Virus record (IMG/VR): IMGVR_UViG_3300046373_000196
Coordinates: 1 to 64,000 of that record
Source: a virus
Length of the DNA stretch: 64,000 nucleotides
Reading direction: 5' to 3' (one strand)
The notes below the pieces were generated by a model. That model was not told the origin of the DNA. It saw nothing but the letters and a program-made list of their open reading frames with translations, and did not search any database. The position numbers and the translations under genes were made by a program. This document shows positions 1 through 8,119 of the stretch, piece by piece (within the stretch, counting starts at the first letter, position 1; the number at the start of each line of letters is the position of its first letter).

Positions 1-325
1 ATTCAGGCTGCATAATGTTCTCAACCTGTCTACCTGTTGGAGCGGTCAGAGCAACCTTTGTATTTTCGATCAACTCACCTTTCTCATTCCACTTTGGAGT
101 AAGGTAAAGAAAGCATACAGCAGCCACAGCGGTAACAAAGTCTTTCCCTCTTGCTGTACCACTGGCGACGCTTGTACGTGGGTTAAACTGAACAGAAGTA
201 AGAATAGCTTCTTGTTCCTTATCCAGGTTAACGCCAAGAGCTTCCCGTGCAAATTTGCACCAGTCTTTACGCCACTCGATAATTTTTGAAACCGCTTTTT
301 TCTCGTATTCTTCTACGTCCAACAT
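1..325 (-). CDS. terminase large subunit, N-terminal part (continues beyond window start)
   Basis: Frame open from ATG at 325 to the window edge, so it is absent from the ORF track. My translation: MLDVEEYEKKAVSKIIEWRKDWCKFAREALGVNLDKEQEAILTSVQ...ASGTARGKDF (Walker-A-like G-x-x-GK). Its start directly abuts the stop of the small-terminase gene. Confidence 0.6.
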   Translation of the reverse strand, partial: MLDVEEYEKKAVSKIIEWRKDWCKFAREALGVNLDKEQEAILTSVQFNPRTSVASGTARGKDFVTAVAAVCFLYLTPKWNEKGELIENTKVALTAPTGRQVENIMQPE

Positions 326-916
326 TTATTCGCTTTCAGTATCTGTGGATGAACTTTTAAGAAAGTCGTAAAACCCTTTGTTCAAAGATTCGCCTTGCGT
401 GGTATGGTCCTGCTTAATCGGCTCGTAATAACCCATCATTTTATTGATCTCAGCAGCTGCCCGGATCTTATCGTATGTCTTTACCTTTTTAATTGAACCA
501 ACATTTGCTTCGCCTACATTGAGTTCCTGACTTTCAATGCCCATGATCAATAGGGCATCGTCAGCACTTAGCTCATTGACTTTTTTGAGATTACCGTCAT
601 TATCGTAAAGACCTCTCATGTCGGCAAAAGCTATTTTAGCTACCAGTTCAAGGACGCGCTCTTTGCTGACTAAGAACTTATCTTCAAGCTTTTTTATAAG
701 TGGTTTTTGGAGTTCAGTAATGAATTCGGACACCTTCACATTACTTAACATCTGATGTGCTTGTTCTTTGGCTGTTTTAGCACTAAATCCGGCTCTTATC
801 GCACTTGCACTACCATTGAAGTCCAAAATATACTCACGACAAAAACGCTCCTGCTTAGGAGTTAATTTAGCCGCTTTCTTATCAGAGACTTCCACCTTCT
901 TTTTCACGCTTCCCAT
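326..916 (-). CDS. terminase small subunit
   Basis: LTPKQERFCREYILDFNGSASAIRAGFSAKTAKEQAHQML is the classic small-terminase (Terminase_2-like) HTH signature. It lies immediately upstream of the terminase large subunit gene. Confidence 0.8.
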   Translation of the reverse strand: MGSVKKKVEVSDKKAAKLTPKQERFCREYILDFNGSASAIRAGFSAKTAKEQAHQMLSNVKVSEFITELQKPLIKKLEDKFLVSKERVLELVAKIAFADMRGLYDNDGNLKKVNELSADDALLIMGIESQELNVGEANVGSIKKVKTYDKIRAAAEINKMMGYYEPIKQDHTTQGESLNKGFYDFLKSSSTDTESE

Positions 917-1095
917 TCTTCTAAATTAACACCCTTGACAAACCCCATCGCCTTCGCGTTTTTCAGCATTCCGGCTTTTCTTTTAAAACCTTCACTGCTT
1001 GCACCGATCGTTTCTCCATTCGGAGCTATGCACGTCCACCGCCATTCCTTTCGGGCATCGCGGTAGAATCTGAATTTGTTTGGGCGTTTTGTCAT
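904..1095 (-). CDS. YegP/DUF1508-like small protein
   Basis: FRFYRDARKEWRWTCIAPNGETIGASSEGFKRKAGMLKNAKAMG matches the YegP (UPF0339) repeat pattern. Confidence 0.7.
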   Translation of the reverse strand: MTKRPNKFRFYRDARKEWRWTCIAPNGETIGASSEGFKRKAGMLKNAKAMGFVKGVNLEEWEA

Positions 1096-1123
1096 GGGTG
1101 TGTTTGTTGTTTAGTGATTTATA

Positions 1124-2494
1124 CTACCAGCCGAACAAAGCCAACTTCGCTTTAACCCGGTTAGCCATAATCTGATAACCTCCTGTATTTAAATGCGTGT
1201 TATCTGTGGCATCATTTGCTTTTGCCCTTAAACCGAAAGGGAAAACACCATTTGCTATATCGGTCAGATCTTGCGTTGTTGGTGTGTAACCGATCTCTGA
1301 CATTTCAAGTAACGTCGGCGGTGTTACTTCTACGTACCGATCACCATATGTGCTTCTAAGAATAGCATTACAGGCAAGAATGTTAAGATATGCCTGATTG
1401 GTGCCTGTTTCCAGATAAGCATTTAAAACGCCTACGACAATATATCTACGTGGCCTGTTAAGCCTTGCCACGCATTTAGCAGTAATGCTTGGAATGTCGG
1501 TAAGTGTTGGGACATTGTTACGACCCATCCAAAACACATTGATATTATCAACCGTGTTGAATGGGTTGTCAAGTTCGATCAGAGAGCCGGCAGGTAGTAA
1601 AGAGTTTGCATTCTCGACAGGTGTGATCGTGTAAGATTCAACCTGTGATGGTGAGGTGCCTGTGGCCGTTCTTGTAATTACGTAATGCTTACCAAGAATG
1701 ACACAGGTTTCTGTGGTTGTGCTGTTACTCGACGGAGTACTAAGAAAATTAATATTCAGTGTAACGGCTACAGGTGATCCGGCAGATAATGTTACATCAG
1801 CGGCCAGGTAAATTGGCAGTGCTCCTGCACGTGCCGCAATCTGTTCTGCTTTTTGCCCGCCAATACCAAAACTATCAGCAAGTCTTTTGTTACCAACTTG
1901 TAAGAGTGCCGCAAGCGTTGAACTGCCGCCTGCCCCCGATGGTAAACTATCACCCCAAACAGTAATGGAATCTGTATAACCTCCCGGTTTATCTCCTTCG
2001 ATGAATAAATTATAAGAACTCCTTTGTTGGGTGTTGTTGACAGTCTGAACGAAACGGATATATCTAGCTACTTTTGTTCTTTGAAATTGAAAGGTTGTAG
2101 ATGCGGCAAGGGGTCCTATTTCAGTCGTCGTCAAAACAACTCCGTCAATATCTTTCACTTTAATAGCAACCCAGTTTAATAAATCATTAGATTCTTCAAA
2201 ACGGAATGTGTTTACATTGTTATTGCTTCTGTATTGTATGGAAACGCGGTTCATATTTCCTAAATCCAATATCTTAGCTGTTCCTGTTGCAAAGGAGAAC
2301 CGAAGCATTTTATTCGTCCTGCCAAGAACCGTAATGTTATCAGTTACTTCACCTGATTTTGCAAGGGTTGAAGCGTTTAGCGTAGCTTTTTCATTATCAA
2401 AATATGTGGCATCAACCTTAACCGGGAAACCCTGTTGTCCAAAGGCTGTGCTTGAAACGATTAACGCGAGTAATAATTTAAATAAATTTTTCAT
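1124..2494 (-). CDS. exported SGNH/GDSL-type esterase with N-terminal beta-sandwich (discoidin-like) domain
   Basis: Sec signal peptide MKNLFKLLLALIVSSTAFGQQ. GDS block ITVWGDSLPSG. The N-terminal part has a discoidin-like pattern (NWVAIKV...ARYIRF). Confidence 0.55.
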   Translation of the reverse strand: MKNLFKLLLALIVSSTAFGQQGFPVKVDATYFDNEKATLNASTLAKSGEVTDNITVLGRTNKMLRFSFATGTAKILDLGNMNRVSIQYRSNNNVNTFRFEESNDLLNWVAIKVKDIDGVVLTTTEIGPLAASTTFQFQRTKVARYIRFVQTVNNTQQRSSYNLFIEGDKPGGYTDSITVWGDSLPSGAGGSSTLAALLQVGNKRLADSFGIGGQKAEQIAARAGALPIYLAADVTLSAGSPVAVTLNINFLSTPSSNSTTTETCVILGKHYVITRTATGTSPSQVESYTITPVENANSLLPAGSLIELDNPFNTVDNINVFWMGRNNVPTLTDIPSITAKCVARLNRPRRYIVVGVLNAYLETGTNQAYLNILACNAILRSTYGDRYVEVTPPTLLEMSEIGYTPTTQDLTDIANGVFPFGLRAKANDATDNTHLNTGGYQIMANRVKAKLALFGW

Positions 2495-2509
2495 TAAGAA
2501 GGAAGTGTG

Positions 2510-2992
2510 TTATGGTGTGGTTACTAGATTCTTTAACTGATCAAAAGGAAAGGCGTACAAGTCTCCTTTATCCACCGCTGTGCCGATGCTATAATACATC
2601 TGAGGCTTTGCGGTTGTGCTGAAATTCGTATCGTTTAAAACCAGCACAAAACCTCGTTTTAAAGGGAATGTCAGATCGTTGATGGAGTTTACAATCACAT
2701 TACCGATCAGCGTTTGAATGTTGACTGTGCTTGGAATCAGGTTTAACTTAAACCCATCCCAGAAATAAATTGTATTGGTTATACCTATACTTTCATCCGC
2801 CTGAACAATGAACTGTTTGGGTATTCCGGGTGTGGTTCGTGTCAGCATTTCAGCGTAGGTATCTGTCCACGTAGCGACCATATCGCGGTCTTGTCTTAAC
2901 ATGGTTCTCAGATATCCTTCGGGCTGCTGCTGCGCGGTTGCTGACAAACAAAATCCAAAACAGAGGATGGGAATTAAAAAGCGAATTTTCAT
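2510..2992 (-). CDS. exported protein, stand-alone copy of the N-terminal domain of 3018..4652
   Basis: Signal peptide MKIRFLIPILCFGFCLSATAQQ. EGYLR..L...RD......DTYAEMLT...PGIPKQF.V..DE..G.TN..Y.WDGF.L is shared with the next gene. Confidence 0.6.
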   Translation of the reverse strand: MKIRFLIPILCFGFCLSATAQQQPEGYLRTMLRQDRDMVATWTDTYAEMLTRTTPGIPKQFIVQADESIGITNTIYFWDGFKLNLIPSTVNIQTLIGNVIVNSINDLTFPLKRGFVLVLNDTNFSTTAKPQMYYSIGTAVDKGDLYAFPFDQLKNLVTTP

Positions 2993-3017
2993 CTAGTGCG
3001 TGTTGAGTGTTTATTGC

Positions 3018-4652
3018 TTAATATCTTGTCATTATTACACCAGTCGGTGTTCTGTAGTATGCACCTATTGCAACATTACCTGCAGCGGCAGATGCATTAT
3101 CGGAATAGACGGGTAGAGATGAAGGTTGCGGGAATTTATTTAGATATAAATCAAGTTCTTGTGATGTTGGAACTTTACGCGATCCAATTCGATGAATTTT
3201 AAATTGTGCTGAAACTGGAAGGGTAGTGGAAGCGTCAACAAAGCTAACGCCGAAGGTTGTCACAACGATTGCGGGAACACCTCCGTTTAATTGCATTGGA
3301 GGGGTTTTGATCGTATACCTGCCTACTGGATAGTATGATAAAACAGCCGCATCTGGATAATATCCTTCCGTATATCCTAACTGAGTTGCATAGCCGGCTG
3401 TGTGTACAGTAATCTTTGGTCTTATAGCGTTAATATTGACCATGGGCGAAAGTATTTCAATATCCAGGATACCTTCAATTATATCGCCTTGCTGATAAAA
3501 TGAAGTAACGTAGTCTTGCACGACATTAAACCCTTTTCCATTTCCTGTATAATTACCTGAAATAGTAAACAACTGCTGATTTTGCCCATTAACAACAGAT
3601 TTTGATGGAGTTAATGTTGCTCCTCCTGTAAATTGCTGTGTAGAAAAGCTACTTGCTAATGTAGTACCTCCCGCTAAGGAATAGTTATTAACTCCTTCGG
3701 GGCTTATTTGATAACTTGCTGAAACGTCCTCGATTTCTGCTGCTAAAAGCTGACCCACAGATTTTCCTAACAAGTACGAACCCTGCGCATTAGGGTGTAA
3801 ACCATCGGCAAAGTAAGAAGCACTTGTCAATATTGTTTCGGCATTTACTGTACCGGTTAAATCTTTATTTGCTAAAATCCATGCATTTACATTTGCCCGT
3901 GTCGCCTCATTTGCTGTAGATAGCAAATCTGAAGGCGCATATCTTGGTGGTATCGTAATTGCAATAACCTTACACCCTATAGATAGTAGAGCCTTGTATA
4001 TAATATTCAGGTTGTTCTCTATAACCGCCTCGGATACGGATTGGCCGGTATCATTTGATCCAAGCAAGACAACGGCCATTTTTGGTCTCATAGCCAGGAT
4101 GGCGCCCAGTCGGGCTATAACCTGATCCGTTCGCTCCCCTGAGACCCCTTTATTCCCTCCAATTGGGTAATAATATTTATGACCTGCCGCAATATTTGCG
4201 TGGGTGGGATATCCTGCGCCCTGATAAAAATAGTTTGTACCATTGGCTGTAAAACCATGCTGGGTGATACTATCTCCTATGTAAACTATTTTAGAATCAA
4301 CGGGGAGTTTTTTTAGATTTAAAACCGCCGTATTGTCCGCTGCCGTATAACCAAGAGCCGTATTTATTTGACTGGCATTAATTGCAGGAGCGACTGAACC
4401 ATGCAACTCAAACCCGTCCCAATAGTAAACCACATTCGTTTGTCCGGATACTTCATCCGTTTCCACCACAAACTGTTTTGGGATACCCGGATTCTTCATC
4501 GTTAGCATTTCTGCATACGTGTCAGCCCTTTGGGCAATAAGATCGCGTCCTTCGCGCAAACCTTTACGAAGGTAGCCAGCCGGGACTTGCTGACCGTATC
4601 CGCAAAGGGATATGCTGATCAGTAGTAATGCGGAAATAAACCGTAGTTTCAT
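3018..4652 (-). CDS. exported SGNH hydrolase (GDSL esterase/deacetylase-like)
   Basis: Signal peptide MKLRFISALLLISISLCGYGQQ. SGNH blocks VYIGDSITQHG, VVLLGSNDTG and DGLHPN. The C-terminal 31 aa are shared with 36744..38312. Confidence 0.7.
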   Translation of the reverse strand: MKLRFISALLLISISLCGYGQQVPAGYLRKGLREGRDLIAQRADTYAEMLTMKNPGIPKQFVVETDEVSGQTNVVYYWDGFELHGSVAPAINASQINTALGYTAADNTAVLNLKKLPVDSKIVYIGDSITQHGFTANGTNYFYQGAGYPTHANIAAGHKYYYPIGGNKGVSGERTDQVIARLGAILAMRPKMAVVLLGSNDTGQSVSEAVIENNLNIIYKALLSIGCKVIAITIPPRYAPSDLLSTANEATRANVNAWILANKDLTGTVNAETILTSASYFADGLHPNAQGSYLLGKSVGQLLAAEIEDVSASYQISPEGVNNYSLAGGTTLASSFSTQQFTGGATLTPSKSVVNGQNQQLFTISGNYTGNGKGFNVVQDYVTSFYQQGDIIEGILDIEILSPMVNINAIRPKITVHTAGYATQLGYTEGYYPDAAVLSYYPVGRYTIKTPPMQLNGGVPAIVVTTFGVSFVDASTTLPVSAQFKIHRIGSRKVPTSQELDLYLNKFPQPSSLPVYSDNASAAAGNVAIGAYYRTPTGVIMTRY

Positions 4653-4694
4653 CTATCTTATGTAGTGTGTGATTATTACCGTAAATATAATTAA

Positions 4695-4723
4695 AAATAA
4701 ATATCTTCCTGTGATATTTATTT
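4695..4723. promoter_or_regulatory. 29-bp dyad promoter/operator element, copy 1
   Basis: AAATAAATATC-ttcctgt-GATATTTATTT. Lies upstream of the minus-strand gene starting at 4652. The -7-like TATATTTA (rc of 4682-4689) is only 5 bp from the arm, an outlier in spacing. Confidence 0.6.
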
Positions 4724-4761
4724 GTGTAATTTTTCGACCGTATGTGCGTATAGGCAACAGA

Positions 4762-5277
4762 TTAGGGAAGATTTACACAGGTTTCTGTGATGGATAGATT
4801 GCGCTTCATCCAACCGGCAAAGTATTTCTGTTTTATAGGTGCCTTATCAACGATCTTGTCGTAATAGTCAACCCGTGCCATTGCGTACTGCCAGGGAGTG
4901 ACATTGTGGATCTGCGCCATGGTCTTGTCGCCAAAGTTTCCATCTTCTTTTACGCCAATCACTTTTTGAAGAAGCTTTTTAGCTGCACCAACGCCTGCGT
5001 TAATAGCAAAATCAAGAACATGAAGCCTTATTTTAGCTGGTAAGCGGTCTGCACTGATCTCATTCCAGTAATCCCTTCGGTAAATGGCAAAAGCCTGGTC
5101 TTTGGTCAGGTTTTTAATGTCAACCTTTGGGTAAGAAGCGGCTGAAATGCCGTATTTAGTCCCTTTTAGTTCTCCTTTGCCGATCTTGCCGGTTGTCCAG
5201 TTGCCGGAATCGTCTTTATCGTCAGTAAAGGCACCTTCCTGATCAATGACGTATTTTATTGCTGTCTCGAAGTTCAT
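4762..5277 (-). CDS. endolysin, GH108-like lysozyme with PG_binding_3-like C-terminal domain
   Basis: IKYVIDQEGAFTDDKDDSGNWTTGKIG...GTKYGISAASYP...YRRDYW matches the GH108 pattern. DGNFGDKTMAQI matches the peptidoglycan-binding part. Confidence 0.75.
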   Translation of the reverse strand: MNFETAIKYVIDQEGAFTDDKDDSGNWTTGKIGKGELKGTKYGISAASYPKVDIKNLTKDQAFAIYRRDYWNEISADRLPAKIRLHVLDFAINAGVGAAKKLLQKVIGVKEDGNFGDKTMAQIHNVTPWQYAMARVDYYDKIVDKAPIKQKYFAGWMKRNLSITETCVNLP

Positions 5278-5278
5278 T

Positions 5279-5803
5279 TCAGAATAATAGTGTGTAGGAT
5301 AGAATAATCAGCCAGATGGCAAGTTTCCATAAGGCGTAAAGAAGAATGAAGGCAATGAGAATAAACGAGGCTGTGTAATAGATTGGAACGCGCTTAGGAG
5401 GTCTTTTGCCTATGAAGTCGTATTGTGTCCATCCCTGAATCGAAACCCAGCAGTGTCCGCCGTTCTTCCAGTTAGGGTAGTCGATTAGATTAAGCGTCCC
5501 GGCTAGTCCTTTGCCAAGAAAAGCCAGTTTGTCGTTCACCCAGTTCTTGCCGGTTGCTGAGCTGATCGTTTCATTCCGTGCTCCGTAGTGATAACCGCCT
5601 TTTTTAATGAACAGATCGTTTAGCATGGTTGCGTAGGCGATATTCCCATACACATCTTCTGCGTAGGCGGCATTTAAAAACGCCCTGTTAACGTAGTTCC
5701 AGCCACCTTTAAATCGGAATGCTCCGGCGATCGTGTGAAATAATGCAGGAACCTGCAATAAGTTTGATAATAGCTTTGCTAAAAGCCATAGGATGATGCC
5801 CAT
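5279..5803 (-). CDS. membrane protein adjacent to endolysin (holin candidate, atypical size)
   Basis: Hydrophobic N-terminus and a C-terminal TM pair (YYTASFILIAFILLYALWKLAIWLIILSYTLLF). There is a 1-bp gap to the endolysin gene. Confidence 0.4.
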   Translation of the reverse strand: MGIILWLLAKLLSNLLQVPALFHTIAGAFRFKGGWNYVNRAFLNAAYAEDVYGNIAYATMLNDLFIKKGGYHYGARNETISSATGKNWVNDKLAFLGKGLAGTLNLIDYPNWKNGGHCWVSIQGWTQYDFIGKRPPKRVPIYYTASFILIAFILLYALWKLAIWLIILSYTLLF

Positions 5804-5830
5804 TTATAGTGTGTGTTGTGTTTGGTTTAA

Positions 5831-6028
5831 TTATTGCAATTCTGGCACATATTTATAGCTATCGGCTATTGTCCAATCTTGAAAATTGATAACATTTCCG
5901 CTATCATTAATACATTCAAGAACCTGATCGCCTAAAATCCATAAATCACCTTTTGAATAAGGTAATGTCATTTTAAGATCGCCAATAGTGACGTTCCTTT
6001 TATAATTTAATACTTCTGTGTTAACCAT
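5831..6028 (-). CDS. hypothetical protein
   Basis: ORF track entry in an operon-like array. No motif recognised. Confidence 0.4.
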   Translation of the reverse strand: MVNTEVLNYKRNVTIGDLKMTLPYSKGDLWILGDQVLECINDSGNVINFQDWTIADSYKYVPELQ

Positions 6029-6048
6029 TGCTTAATTGATTAATGTTA

Positions 6049-6228
6049 TTAATATTTCTTATTTGGGTTAATAGCCGTTATTCTTATGTATCCATTACCT
6101 AAATCAGTGACAATATGATTATTTCTTAAATCAACAGCACCGGCAGCGCGAAGCCTATCTATCATAGGCGTATTTATCCAAGGGAATAAAAATTCGGCTC
6201 TTGTTTTTACTTTGCTTATCTTAATCAT
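6049..6228 (-). CDS. hypothetical small protein (59 aa)
   Basis: My translation: MIKISKVKTRAEFLFPWINTPMIDRLRAAGAVDLRNNHIVTDLGNGYIRITAINPNKKY. The start abuts the stop of 6229..6672. Below the ORF-track size cut-off. Confidence 0.35.
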   Translation of the reverse strand: MIKISKVKTRAEFLFPWINTPMIDRLRAAGAVDLRNNHIVTDLGNGYIRITAINPNKKY

Positions 6229-6672
6229 TTACGGTTTCGTTATAAAATCCTTAACCTTATCGAATACTGTACGCTTCGACTTTTTTTTTAAGTTGATCGT
6301 ATCAGGAAGTGACGGAGCGTTGACAACCAATGACGGATTAGAAGCAGGAATCTGCTTTACGTTTGGTGTTTTTCGGTACTGCTCGAAGCGTTCTTTCTTT
6401 TTTGCCACAGCAACGATAGCCTTTGCATTCTTCACACCCCATGCACTGTCCACCGCAACCAGACTATCAATCCTTGTCATGGATTTAGACTTCTCTGAAA
6501 GCTTAATTTGCGTACTGTCAGGAATCCTAACACCGATAACCGGGATAATGGAATCCCGAACAGTCTTTTGTTCATAAAATGAACTATGTTGTGACTTAAC
6601 GCCCATGCCCAGCAAAATAACAAGGCAAGCCAAAGGCAACAATGTTATCCAGTTTACATACTTAGTTTTCAT
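6229..6672 (-). CDS. N-terminally anchored or exported protein
   Basis: Internal Met chosen (MKTKYVNWITLLPLACLVILLGMGV...) because the upstream part of the tracked ORF overlaps 6662..7099. Confidence 0.45.
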   Translation of the reverse strand: MKTKYVNWITLLPLACLVILLGMGVKSQHSSFYEQKTVRDSIIPVIGVRIPDSTQIKLSEKSKSMTRIDSLVAVDSAWGVKNAKAIVAVAKKKERFEQYRKTPNVKQIPASNPSLVVNAPSLPDTINLKKKSKRTVFDKVKDFITKP

Positions 6673-7099
6673 TTGTTTGATTGGTTTGATTAGTAACAGG
6701 TGTTTTAATGGTTGGAATTGTTTCAGCAATTTTTTGAATACCTGCTGCATTCTTCTTACGCGATGCAATGCTTCGTTTCAGGCTTTCTTCGTAGTAGTCA
6801 AGCTTCTGTTGGTCTCTTATCGCATTAGCATCGGTACGGGTTAGTACAAGAGTGTTGCAGTCATCGTATTTTTTAGACATTGCATCAAACTTTCCTTGCC
6901 ATAGCTCAATTGATTTTGCGTCTGCGTCCCGCTGAAACTGAACGGCTGCAATTTTCTCTTCGTCTTTTGAATTCAATCTATTATTAAAGTAGAGAATTAC
7001 AGACACAAGCGATGCAATTGCAAGCAGGTAGCTTCGTATAAGTGCTTTATTGGGGTTCTTTTCCGATTCGTCGGTAATTTTATCAATGTTGTTCTCCAC
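6662..7099 (-). CDS. bitopic membrane protein with coiled-coil ectodomain
   Basis: TM segment LIRSYLLAIASLVSVILYF followed by charged helical sequence. GTG start in the ORF track. Confidence 0.45.
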   Translation of the reverse strand: MENNIDKITDESEKNPNKALIRSYLLAIASLVSVILYFNNRLNSKDEEKIAAVQFQRDADAKSIELWQGKFDAMSKKYDDCNTLVLTRTDANAIRDQQKLDYYEESLKRSIASRKKNAAGIQKIAETIPTIKTPVTNQTNQTNEN

Positions 7100-7144
7100 G
7101 CCGGTAGTGAGTTGTACTTTTGTAAGTGTGTGTGTAACTGTGTG

Positions 7145-7537
7145 TTAATTCCCGACTGCTCTTGCTATTGCAACTAATAACGTGCCAGCACCAAAGCCTA
7201 TCAGGAAGCTTTTAATTGTTTTCCCTCGCCCGGTTTTTCTTTCGGCAACAAGTGACGTCTGGCATTCAGACATTTTTGATTCATGCACGATATTGTCGAA
7301 CATGTGGGCGCGCTTTTCTGCTTCATAAGCTTCTGATTGTAATTTGTGATTAATGACTAATTGCCTCACATAAGGCTTTAAGGCTTCGTATTTAAGGGTG
7401 CTGTCCTCTAAGGCTGTCACGTACATATCTTGCAAGATTTGTGTCTTGGATTGCTGTGCGTAACTCTTTTCTTTTAAGCTGAGCCAAAGGACCGTTATCA
7501 GCAAGAGTTTTATCAAGTACTTTAAGCTTGTTTGCAT
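7145..7537 (-). CDS. hypothetical protein with signal-like N-terminus and C-terminal TM
   Basis: MQTSLKYLIKLLLITVLWLSLKEKSYAQQ ... FLIGFGAGTLLVAIARAVGN. The start overlaps the 3' end of 7392..7745 out of frame. The alternative Met at 7426 still overlaps. Confidence 0.35.
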   Translation of the reverse strand: MQTSLKYLIKLLLITVLWLSLKEKSYAQQSKTQILQDMYVTALEDSTLKYEALKPYVRQLVINHKLQSEAYEAEKRAHMFDNIVHESKMSECQTSLVAERKTGRGKTIKSFLIGFGAGTLLVAIARAVGN

Positions 7538-7745
7538 AATAAATGGCGCTATCGCCCGCTATCTTTGATTCAATGTCTTTTTTGTTTTGTTCCTGTAAAT
7601 AATATTCTAAGCTATCGACTGCATTTTGTCTGTTGCTGGGCACAACATCCGTCTGCTTGGTAAAATATGTAGCGATCACCCATCCAGCGACGCAACAAAC
7701 CAGAATAATACCAATGATCAGTACTCCTTTAAATCCTTTTGTCAT
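7392..7745 (-). CDS. bitopic membrane protein (N-terminal TM, coiled-coil)
   Basis: GVLIIGIILVCCVAGWVIATYF TM segment followed by helical charged sequence. Confidence 0.45.
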   Translation of the reverse strand: MTKGFKGVLIIGIILVCCVAGWVIATYFTKQTDVVPSNRQNAVDSLEYYLQEQNKKDIESKIAGDSAIYYANKLKVLDKTLADNGPLAQLKRKELRTAIQDTNLARYVRDSLRGQHP

Positions 7746-7766
7746 TGTGGTATAGTGTTATTGAGG

Positions 7767-8057
7767 TTATTCAGAAACTAAATCATAATTTTCAGCAAAA
7801 TAATCTGGTTTTACTGGCCAGAAGTGAACACCTAGTTCCGAGCTTTCACCTTTTACTATCCAATCTCCCGGTATAGCAGTCAATGTTCCTTCAACTGTAT
7901 CGATTTGCGTATAATTGCCTCTTAGATTATTTTCTGATGGTTCACATATGGGACTGGCATATACTTTTTTATTAGACCAAATAGATAATTCATTATCATT
8001 ATGCCCTGTGTATTGAATTGCTTCTATTACTACTGGCTTCTTTCTAAATTTTGGCAT
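7767..8057 (-). CDS. hypothetical protein
   Basis: ORF track. The KKPVVIEAIQY N-terminus is common in small phage proteins. No function assigned. Confidence 0.45.
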   Translation of the reverse strand: MPKFRKKPVVIEAIQYTGHNDNELSIWSNKKVYASPICEPSENNLRGNYTQIDTVEGTLTAIPGDWIVKGESSELGVHFWPVKPDYFAENYDLVSE

Positions 8058-8119
8058 GATCAGTTTTTTATAAGTCTATTATATCTCTCGCCTTTTAATA
8101 CTCAGCGCTTAATTTTTTC

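Noticed and set aside
70-252. 60-aa minus-strand ORF in the ORF track
   Set aside because: It is in a different frame from, and wholly inside, the open terminase-large reading frame that runs from 325 to the window edge. Its composition looks non-coding.
7145-7745. Overlapping gene pair as a canonical Rz/Rz1 spanin pair
   Set aside because: The embedded ORF has no lipobox cysteine after its signal-like segment and carries a C-terminal TM, unlike o-spanins. It is kept only as an unusual overlap in the findings.
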